From Craspedostauros australis (Eukaryota), in NCBI GenBank assembly GCA_030167865.1, contig JALAGF010004837.1, positions 310,001 through 367,353 on the forward strand: DNA of 57,353 nucleotides, given 5' to 3'. Under the pieces are notes generated by a model. The model did no database searches, had not been told where the DNA came from, and was given only the letters and a program-made list of their open reading frames with translations. Shown one piece after another: positions 46,701 to 55,981 of this stretch (its first letter is position 1; each line of letters starts with the position of its first letter). The position numbers and the translations under genes were made by a program.

Positions 46701-48057
46701 GCCGAACGACTCAAACGGACTCGCCAACTCCAAAACCGACGCGGCTGAATCTGCCGACAATGATGAGAAGGCACAAAAGGCGGGTCACAGCGCATTCCGC
46801 AACCCATTCCAGGCCGTGGCAGCCTCCGCGAAGCAACTGACAAAGACGGAGTCGGAACGATCGCTGGAAGTAGAGTCGGTTGAGTTCGGTGAGGATGGTC
46901 AACCGAGCCAATCCAAACCAAAGCCAAAGCCGGTGACCGAAGACTCGTCGGCGATGAAACGTCCACCCATCAATACATTCGGAAGCATGTTCAGCAAGGC
47001 AAGGCAGACACCAAAGGACAATGGCGATGCAGGGAGTGCAGCAGTGGGTGCAGGAACAGCGGGAAGCGCGATACAACCGACGACTGCTGCGCCAAAGACG
47101 ACACCGACAAAGAGCCGCGGTTTCGGCGGCTTCGGTGGTTTTGGTGCCGCCATTAACAGCTCCATGAAAGCGGGCCAGTCAAAAGCGGGCTCTACCGTGC
47201 CAATAAATCCACTTGCGCGCTTTGGAAGGCTATCCGTCGGCGTGGGCGGTGGTGCCGGTGCTGGCGGCGGCAGTGGCGCTTCCGCTTCTACCACGGCAAA
47301 TGCTGCCAATGCTGGTGACGACAAGGGCGCAAACACCAACACGATGGCAAACCGATTTGCGGGTCTCAATCAGTTCCGCAAGAACACGATGGCGATGGTG
47401 CGCAACAACACTTCCAGGGACACAGCCGAGAAAGAGTCGCAAAATTTCCCAGCTCAGTCTGAGCCTAAGGCACCAACCGACAACCCCGCTGATGATACTG
47501 CCACGGCCACATCCACCGCCGCTGCGACTACGGCTTCCCCTGCTGTGGATCCTCCTCTGAATGAAGATGATGAAGCAACTACAGAAGTTACACTGAGCGA
47601 GATTTCGGGAGCTGACCTTGCTGAAGCGGACGCTGCGAGCGCGGTCGCAGCTGCAGCTACAGCCACATCGATACCAGAAACTGAGAAGTTGTCTGACCCA
47701 CCGGCATCAGAGGAACCAAGTACGCCAGTCCCTATCAACGCCCAGAACGACAGCAGCACTGGCGCCGATCAATCGAGAGTATCAACCCCAGACGGTGCAG
47801 AAAATGGCAAGGATGTTGTGGAAGAAGATGCAGCCGTCGAGGACAACGAAACAACGAAACAGGAAGATGCCGAACCAGAAGCAGCCAACGCCGAGAGTCC
47901 TGTGACCGATGCAAAGGAAAAGACGAAGGAGGACGCGAAGAAAGAGAAAAAGGAAGATACAAAGGAGGAGTCAGCTACGGCGGACCCGGCTTCGAGTACG
48001 GAAGGAGATGAAGTTGCCGCTGAATCGCCAAGAGTTGCATCTGTGACCATGGTGTAA
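43765..48057 (+). CDS. TBC (Rab-GAP-like) + rhodanese-domain protein, TBC1D23/TBCK-like, with long disordered C-terminus
   Basis: First ATG 43765 (or 43774). TBC-like segments (LRPNLWCHLVLGK; FYLLAEYHVPLLCFHLDRY; LIHLWDALL..YFLTLAVL); rhodanese-like segment (YYLIDCRP..GRFPTA..HIVIMGEG..FFVKKGFPFVSIMEGGFAAAH). Confidence 0.85.
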   Translation: MRNMADPGTKGKTDDKEEKSPAEESEKDELGEEGIISFGLGGDDGDDDELADLFSFGAGAGGGAASSSAADGDMDYMAMMASVMPLPRTQQEIHDDIFDDIDTDAPAKDGPKKEIKIGDKEQQEILAWLDEDDSSDLLNENEETDFNPPTRAKPTPAVVKEPPAPEEPQFKTLDEALVSTKVSADQIRKLLRKEKYSIKTSLRPNLWCHLVLGKSLEEAASSKDMERFQQWEAKSKVSDEEADAKVAGWVKERSKALSGRVADITKGDARLCEEALCSIIMYQISIKRKLKLILDAKGGDASAAAAATDGDDDENQSLSQKLLDPILPPVAAAILSTGVAKPIAAGILRTTIRDLCPLMALTPEERATSCQKLKREFYLLAEYHVPLLCFHLDRYMPQWCDWTALPTSAEAGTIPASWICSNFCGDCRGTKEAVMDSRHLIHLWDALLSTKKPMLHYFLTLAVLESNAERLLLLTGDDLRAAMVAITEFNDANVDGFAIETGDNTSEVIAWVQDWVQRATAILEATPSSLMQSMSELTQTVVMECLTKRKADFDEHKKQQEEAMAKAQQDAIDAERERKADEARLRLTRARLVAFYRQYNPGKENNIEKIMTAYEGRYEVLDAKLKSKYGVGFNPALKPKVVPKAAPTSTLLSSMNQGITNRRKNFFSGKRRDDDAFVIPENEKVKCAVATVAAAEVLKSTCWSKQAAAASMKKTATPSSSSLSSSTSSMSLPGDDGDERVPLKYYLIDCRPEQASQDQGRFPTAMALPPDTFLDADLLQKQEEMIEPLRGTVHIVIMGEGYKTLPNLYGQKMTQGLHEYIKEDESRNNLCALFFVKKGFPFVSIMEGGFAAAHAWLRRDGAEFHLRANNVLTDYNPSVSLFGQLEALYEQQQELANASAKAKTQRAIQNLFDSSMVALTKGVKNVESRGSSADATDGLANIQTSMVNKFFRHQGGKDADSLKNKNRNSKDLGDAKTAPPNDSNGLANSKTDAAESADNDEKAQKAGHSAFRNPFQAVAASAKQLTKTESERSLEVESVEFGEDGQPSQSKPKPKPVTEDSSAMKRPPINTFGSMFSKARQTPKDNGDAGSAAVGAGTAGSAIQPTTAAPKTTPTKSRGFGGFGGFGAAINSSMKAGQSKAGSTVPINPLARFGRLSVGVGGGAGAGGGSGASASTTANAANAGDDKGANTNTMANRFAGLNQFRKNTMAMVRNNTSRDTAEKESQNFPAQSEPKAPTDNPADDTATATSTAAATTASPAVDPPLNEDDEATTEVTLSEISGADLAEADAASAVAAAATATSIPETEKLSDPPASEEPSTPVPINAQNDSSTGADQSRVSTPDGAENGKDVVEEDAAVEDNETTKQEDAEPEAANAESPVTDAKEKTKEDAKKEKKEDTKEESATADPASSTEGDEVAAESPRVASVTMV

Positions 48058-48894
48058 ACCAGAGCATCATCGTGGTTCTCTGCTGGCCATGCAGTTAGTA
48101 CAATAGCAGAGTATCAGAAACCGAATTGGAATGGTGGTACAGTAATGCACTCTTCACCAGTACCGCTCGCATCCAATCCATTTGCCAACCAATCACTCGC
48201 TGGCTGGTACTTACGAGCTACGGACGCACGACATTGCACAAAGTGCTACTCGATTGAACTACTCTGTGCGGAGTGTAACCACTAATCCACCCAACTCTGC
48301 TCTATGCGCATCTGTATTTACTCTAGGATGAAAGGTCAATAGAGCTGATGTTACTCTGTGATATTTGAGATTGCGTTACTTCGCTATTTGTGCACGGTAC
48401 GAAATGTCAACACATGGTACGTGGTCGTTCTCGTCTTCGTTACGCTCCTGCTGATGTGACAACAGCTCCCTCGAGAGAGAGAGACGAGTGACTGCGACAC
48501 ATACATGAAACACGACGAAAGCGATGACGGCAAACGACAATGGCGACATGGATGGAATGCATGGCAAGTCCTTGCGATTCAACTATGTGCTTGGTGTTGT
48601 TGCTGTCGCTGATATACTACCATCGTCGGTGACTTGCTCTCTATAATATTTTTGGAACGTCTGCGGGAGTTTCTGTGCTTTATTGTACATATGGTACGGG
48701 TATGGTATTGATATTATTCGTATCACGCTTCGCAACTACGTACCGCACCACATGTGGAGCCTTTCTGAGGGTCTAAGGCTGCGCTGGACAGAGGGAAAGT
48801 CTGCATGGCGCAGTGAAGCACCCACCATCCTGCCGTTTCGTAAAGCATCGTAAGATACGCGGACGAGCCATCACTACCAGTGTCACTGCCACTA

Positions 48895-50579
48895 TCAACC
48901 TCTCCAGCCTTCGTCGCCGCCGGGGCCAGGTGGTGCGCCGTTGGTATCGTCGTCCAGGACCCATGGGTGATCTTTAACTTCGGTCAGGGACAGTCTTTGT
49001 CTTGGGTCTTCCATCAGCATTTTCTGCAACAGATCGGCGGCCATCGCACTGACAGGTCGCTGCCAGCTGTTGAGCATGTGCGCAAGTTTCCCCTTGGTGA
49101 CCATCCTGTACCGCGGATCCTCGGCCCGTGCGAATTCCCACGGCGGCAAACCAACCAGCATGATGAAGAGAATGACTCCTGTTGCCCACAAATCGATCGC
49201 GAATCCGTCAAAGGGCTCCTCGCTCTGCAGCACCTCCGGGCTAATGTAGTTCGGCTTCCCGCACGGTATCAGAGGCGTCATGAGCCGTCTGAGACCGCCA
49301 TCGGAGACATGGCTGACCTCGCCGCTGCCGCTGTCGTATGGTACTCGCAAACACATTCCCAGATCAATCACCACTGACGTCGTGTACTCGTCAACCAGGA
49401 TATTTTCCAATGACATATCTCGATGGCAAACACCCATCCTTTGCAAGTGTGCAAGGCCCTGCACATGTATCGCAATTGTGCATGTGTATACGTACATGTT
49501 TGTGTTGTGTGTGGTGGATGTTGAATGTCGTTCGTTTGTTCGTTTGTGTACGCATTTGTGGTCCCAATGTGTCGTGTGAGCGAATCGGAAGTCATGACAC
49601 CATGAATGAAGTCGCAGGGTGCAGGAGCAATCAACGCGAAGTGGTTGTGATATGATGTGATGGGATGCACAGTGATGTGATGCAGAGTGATGGGTTTGGT
49701 TGGGTTGGACGAAGCGAGATGAAGCAAAACGATGGAGAGATTCTATTCGGTGAGTATGTTGCTGGGTCATTCTGATTGGCCTTGTGTTGTTGGGACAACA
49801 ATGAATGGACGGAGAACGCAATGCAACACGGCCACAGTACACGCAACTGTGCTGTGCTGCGCTGTGTTGACACGAGGACGCCGAAGACACGAAAGATACG
49901 TGTTGAAACCTGCATCGGCACTTGTTGATTCGCCAGGATGCACGAGCAGAGAGAGAGAGAGAGGAGGAATGTTGTGAAGGTGACTTACCTCCAGGATTTG
50001 CTTGAACCAGTATCGGGCCATGGGTTCTGGGAATCTGCCTGCCTGCTGCACGAAGCCAAAGAGGTCACCGGAGGAGCAGAAGGGCATGAAGAGGAGGAGG
50101 TACTCCTCATCCTGAAGGACGTCCAGCACCCCCATGACGTGCGGGTGGGGACCGACGTGCGAGACGTACTGCATGGCCGCCACTTCCTTCTGCGGATCCT
50201 CGATGTGCTGCAGGTCTCTTATTTTCTGCCATGACATGATCTTTCCCGCGGCTTTGTGCTCTGTGACTTCCCAGGGCGTCTCCGGATCGTTCCTGAATTT
50301 GAGGATGGTGCATTCCTTGACGACTCCGAAGATGCATTTTTTCAGCTTCTTGCCGACCCAGTAGGCTCTGTCCGGAGGTCTGCCATCTGCGTGGTGCTCG
50401 TAGATGATGTTGGAAACCTTGAGGACGTGCTTGGTGACGGGGTTGAAGACGGGGGCGTCCACCCGAACGGCTCTGCCCACCTCCGGCCTGTCGAACGGCA
50501 GAGGCATCGACGGAGGGCCATTCTCCTCGATGTCCAGGTACGAGGCTGAAGCGTTTTCCAGGAAATCCAGATCTTCCAT
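48895..50579 (-). CDS. Serine/threonine protein kinase (CAMK-like), 384 aa, 2 exons
   Basis: Exons 50579-49989 and 49458-48895 (GAG|GTAAGT ... GCAG|GGC, in frame). EDPQKEVAAM, MPFCSSGDLF, CHRDMSLENILV, IDLGM, CGKPNYISPE, DLWATGVILFIML, DPRQR..HPW. Confidence 0.95.
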
Positions 50580-51849
50580 GTTTGTAGTCGCTGTTGCTGT
50601 TGTTGTTTAATACTGCTGCTGTGTCTTACTGCTGCTGCTGCTGTGTTGCTGCTGCCCTGTCGTTTGTGCACGTCAAAACGGGAATGCTTGGGATGTTGTG
50701 TGGGAGCTGTTGGCGGAAGTGTTGCTCCGGAGGTTGCTTGACCGAGTCGTGGTTGTTTCTCTGCCAAGAGGCTGTGGTTTGTATCTGCGCTGCGGGTGCG
50801 AGTTAGTGGTATCCAAAGGAACGGTGTGCTTGGAAGTCGCACTATCTATCTTTGGTCTTTGCGCTCGTGCACCCAAGAGACTTCGACGATGACCAAGCAG
50901 GAAGGTGTGGACGAGGTCCGGTTGTGTCGTCCGTCTGAGCTCCACTCGTTTGTTTGTGTCTGTGTTTGCGCTCTTGTGTTTGCAAGAGGCCGTATCCACT
51001 CCGACCAGCCAGCTAACCAGCCAACGAGCAAACAACACAAAGGTCACGACAACAGGGCACAGGGGAAATCCAGAGATTTCAGATCCAACAGTGCCAAGCA
51101 GTACTCCCGGCGTTGCTGCGTTCAGCGTATCTGCACTTGATGCTGTTGATGCAGTGTTTATGCTGCCTTTCGTTGCGTCTTCGTTAGTTGGGAAGCTGGT
51201 CAGTTGCTGTTGGTGCGTGTCGCTCAATGCTGTGAGGCCTGCTCTGGTGGGATCACCTCTTTCACTTCGGCTCAACTCAGCTCAGCCCAGTGTGTCGGAT
51301 CGAAAGGAGGACGGAGTGGTGCCTGGCGTTTCCGTGGGCGCCTTCTCCGTTCCTCCCGCCACGCAAAGAGAGCTCCCGAACAACACAAACAACACAAACA
51401 GCGCAAACAACACGAGCGAGCTGTTTCCACCCAAGGGAGAGTGCGACAACGCGCGGTGCAAGACGACAGAACAAAATTACCACCAACACGCCACCAGGAT
51501 CATTGCAAGCAGGAGTATCACGCAGACACGAGTCCCTGCACCAATCCACACATCAATGTCTCTCTGCACGAGCTCTATGACTCCAGAGCTCTCATCGGAA
51601 GGAAGGGATCGACTGAATCGAACGCAATTCGTTTGTCCGCTCGAATGCGTCGAATTCCGTAACGTTGCACCGTATCCACCACCATCTGCGAGCGTTATTT
51701 GACGTTATCTCCTCATTTTCGTCTGGGCCGTTTCACGACTTGAAGCAAAATCCGCTGTTGCTGTGTCGCTGTCGTGTTTTGCGCGTTGTTGTTGCGGGGC
51801 AATTTCTCTACATCCACGCCAGGTTCGTCCTCCGTCCAAATGGCTGCCT

Positions 51850-53250
51850 CGTGTCACATCAAAATGCAAGCTGCAACAGGAGATACACAGGACCAAGGAG
51901 TGAAAGAGGAGAGAGAACACATCAACCAAGGAAGGCCAAGGAGACTGAGGAGAGTGAACAACAGAGGCTCCCAACACGGGGCACTTCATTGCCCATCGCT
52001 CATCTCTCCATCACAACTGAGTCAAGGAGTCCCAACCCTGACTGTAGTCAAGAGTATCCTCCTCCAGCATCAATATTCATAGCAACCCATCATTCCTCAA
52101 TTGGGTTGACAGGAGATCAAGGCCTCAATCGATCACAACAAATGAGGATCTGATCAACAAACCATCAACCCATCAAAACAAGGAAGCAAGAAAGGAAGGA
52201 AGGAAGGAAGAAAAACAGACAACTGCAGACAAGCTACATACCAACTCAATGCAGTCCACACATAGCTTATCGCATGTACATCAGTTGCTTGATTGATAGG
52301 GCACCATACTCGCATGCTCTACAACTCTATATGTGCACCCACCTCACAAGAGACCAACCGGAGTCTCCAGGAATCAACAAATGACTATTAACATCTAGAG
52401 TGAAATTAGGTACCCATCTCCCATGACTGAAACGTGATGCGATGTTTTCTGATTTGACTCAATTTGAGAGCATAGTCAAGTGACTCTTGATTTCGCGATT
52501 GATATTCAGTCACTACAGTCATCAAACCTGATGTAGGCACTGACATCATCGTATGACGTCAGAGGATTGGTCATTGTGATCCTCGGAATAAAGATAATAT
52601 TTTAGTCATGGTATGCTGACCTGTCTAGAAATGCCGAGTGCATCATCGAGCACGTGGCAACAACATTTAGGATCCAGAACAACATTGTCAGAGGTGATGC
52701 ATGCACCTCGTCAACGTAGACGGATCAATCCATATGTGATCAAACAGAAATCAAGATTAGGCAAGACCAGGAGAGATGAAGAAAGACCCAAGGGCAAGAA
52801 TAACACGGGATATTGTGTAAATCAACATGCCGTCTTGGGCAATGTTGTAGGAAAGACTGCAAGATAAACCACAAGGTATTCAAGCAGCATGTTAGCAACC
52901 ATGCAATAGGCACCATCATTTGAATAAAGAGATCATCATCTCATAATCCAAACTCAATCATCAATTGATACACTAACTTAGCAATAACAATATTCACCAA
53001 ACATCTCCAACTTCACCTATCAGATTGATCACCCAGGCAGCATAGTAAGTGCAGTGTTTGGTGCTCCCTGCTTGTCCTGTGTGTAATTGCTGATTATCAA
53101 TGACCTTGTCGCACCACACTGCATGCCTCTGGAGCCACACAGCTTCTTGCAATGATTGGTTCACACAGAAGTTGGAATCAGGTCATCAAAGAAACAAACA
53201 AGCAAACAAGAGTTGGTGTGTTGCAGTGAAAGAGTGGTCCATGTATCTTC
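51850..53250. mobile_element. CpG-depleted, AT-richer block; probable degenerate transposon relic including a Ty1/Copia RNase H-like fragment (+ strand, ~52890-53010)
   Basis: Hand count gives 19 CpG in 52201-53220 and none in 52833-53109, against CpG-rich flanks. Broken peptide traces RHHHL (52908-52922), IDT and IFTKHL (52990-53007) at Copia-like spacing. No LTR or TIR identified; boundaries approximate. Confidence 0.4.
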
Positions 53251-53556
53251 GTGATCGAGCCACGTTGCGAGAACCAAGCACAGACCGAAGCACTCTCAGG
53301 TGTGTAGGTGCGAGTATGAGCACAAGTACAAGTACAAGTACGAGTTATACAACAATGCAACCCCTCAACAAGGACACGGTCGAAGTCACAACGTCATCAT
53401 GGATCAATCTATTGGTATACGGTCGGATGACAGACGGAGCAGCAGCAAATCCCCATGTTCGCAGCCTCTGCAGAGACAAACAGAGAACTCATAATAATCC
53501 CATCTCACACACACAACACACATCCGTATCGTCTCCTGATCATCACACAATCATCG

Positions 53557-54633
53557 ATGAATCTCAATCTCAGCATGAATATGAACACGCCAATCCCACC
53601 GAATGCAAACATGGGTCCATTGTACGCGAATCCTCCTGCAATGCCTGCCACTGCTTCACAGATCCCAGGGGAGCATCAAGAACGTCAGGTTATTGCCGTC
53701 AGCGCATCCAAGGGACCCACCGCCTACTTCAACCTTGCCAAAAAGTTCTTGGCAGTGGACGCCGAATGCGATCTTTCAGCTCTGGAGGGAGCCATCGTGT
53801 CGGCACTGGACACTGCTGACTTGCTGGAACGATCCCAGCTCGCAACGATAGTGCGGTAAGTTGCATATTGGCGTGCGCCGTTGTGGTGCGCCATCGGGTT
53901 GCTATCTGCACGCCATATCTGTAGAGTGCTATCGCACATGACGCACTTCACCGGCAGACAGCTCTGTTGTGTGTTGGAAGGGTTGCCCCGTCTCTAGCTC
54001 CCAAAAATACTGTTATTTGCACGAACGGCTCGGTGACATCGAACTGGCACCAACACTTGCATTGACGTTTCTACGCTGATTCCACTCGTCCGCTCTCATT
54101 CTCTCTCTCTCTTTGTCCATCTCTGTCGCATCTCTCCGTCCACACCACACAACAGAATCCAAACATCATACGTGTCGGTGGAACCAAAGCGAGGTCAGCA
54201 TCAAGTCCAGCAACATCAGCAACAACAACAGCAGCAAATACACCAACAGATGCATCCCGGGCCTGCTTTCGATGACATGGACAGCGTGGCAACAGCGACC
54301 ACCACGGCTTCGATGGATCCTTCCTCCATGGCGATGAGCCGATTGCCGTATCCCCACCCGCACATGCACGCAGTCATGGGGCAGCCACCGCCGATGCTCT
54401 CGAACCCAATGATGCCAATGCCTGGCGTGGGTGGGCCCGTGTCACATCCGCACTCTGCTCCACCTCCTCCATCCAGAAGATCCAAGAAATCAGGGTCATC
54501 CAGACGAGAACTGAAACGGGCAAGGATAGCGATAACGATTCGACGGACGGAGATGTACGAAAGGTGGTTGCAAGAGAATCCTACCTCCGGACCTGCGCCT
54601 GACACGGTAGATTTGCTGAGAGATGCCGAATAA
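53557..54633 (+). CDS. Alba-domain DNA/RNA-binding protein with Gln/Pro/Met-rich insertion (258 aa, 2 exons)
   Basis: Exons 53557-53855 and 54156-54633 (CG|GTAAGT ... ACAG|A, in frame). IAVSASKGPTAYFNLAKKFL..CDLSALEGAIVSALDTADLLERSQLATIVRIQTSYV and a terminal strand KRARIAITIRRT match the Alba fold pattern. Start could be an upstream (53455) or downstream ATG. Confidence 0.85.
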
Positions 54634-55533
54634 AGCTGAGCTTCCCTCCTGCCGCGCCCTGGCATCGGATCGTTGCTCTTCTTCCCAAAGTCTTGCCCAT
54701 CTGGGTTCATGCAACATCCATAAATATCAACAACATGACGCGGCATCTGACGCGAGATAGGATAGTAATAAGAGCATCGTAATTGACAGTAAATCGGCAT
54801 AGTAGAGTAGAGTAGAGTAGAGCAGACACATACACTCATACACTCGTCGACCACGCAAATGTCACACATCACGACCGCGAGCTGCGCGCCGTGCGAGCAT
54901 AGTCGTACGACAAGCATTTGGTCTCTGCGCCCTCGTACTCGTACGTATGTGCTTGTGAGCAACGCCACAAAAGGCAGGCAACGACATCAATCCACGCCGG
55001 CGAAGTTCAAGGAATCGCAAGGATCTGAGAGCTGCTACGCCTGTGTCACCAGATCGAATTCGATGCGCCCCAACAACAACGAACCGAAAGTGAACGAAAG
55101 TCAAGGTAAATAAATGAAAAAACTTTACTTTCAAACGGGAATGGTGTGTTCGTGTCGTACGGGATTGGTGTTGTGAGTGTAGAGCATTGAGACTCGAGTG
55201 TTGTGTGTTCTCGTATACCACGTCCTCTGTTCTGACATCCGAAAAGAACTCCGATACGAGGTCTGTTCTGAGGACGGCAGGACGATTGTTTTCATTTGCA
55301 GAACATTCACCTTGGACACAACAGTCGCGCCAGACGTGTCATCAACGCTGTTTCGTTCTGTTCAACGTGTCCACGTCGACAGTTCAATACCGAATGTCCT
55401 ACCTTGTTTACCTTCGTGACTCACAACTCGAGCAGACAAGTTGAGTACCGGTTGTCTCTCAAAATGCAAGTTCAATCCTCCCACATCATCGGTTTGTCCC
55501 AATCGTTACGCCACGCACGCATGTTCAAGCCCT

Positions 55534-55657
55534 CGTGACGTCACGCGCCACAAGTTGGGTACTGCGACTTAGGACTGCGTGGAGACTCCTGACGTCACGC
55601 CCTCAACCAAAACGACACTCGGCGATCTTTGTGCCACAACAGAACACGTCACGTCAC
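55534..55657 (+). promoter_or_regulatory. Cluster of CRE/CCRE-like bZIP motifs upstream of SLC4
   Basis: TGACGTCA at 55536-55543 (within the 12-bp palindrome CGTGACGTCACG, 55534-55545), TGACGTCA at 55590-55597, and overlapping ACGTCA x2 at 55646-55656; 325-450 bp upstream of the ATG. Confidence 0.7.
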
Positions 55658-55981
55658 ATCACAACACAAAATCGTGCCAAACTGCGCAGAAACTCGCAAA
55701 ATCCATTCACCAAATCAACACGCCACACTCCAGAGGAACATCAACACAGAATTGTACGCCACTCGACGACTGCGGGTACTGCTTCGGACAACCACAACCA
55801 TGAAATCAGAACCTCTCCCTCGCCCTTTCTTCCTCTCTGTCCTCATCTTCGTCCTCTTCCTCCACATCTCCAATCCTCATAAAATCAGAAAGGCAACAAC
55901 AGCAAAACGGCAACCCGCAATCATCGAAAGCCACATCGCTCTCCGTCTTGACAAAGCCAAACAAGAAACGCGACAATCACC

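Noticed and set aside
50580-51720. 200-265 aa ORFs on both strands upstream of the kinase
   Set aside because: Low-complexity leader sequence with non-ATG or weak starts and no domain features.
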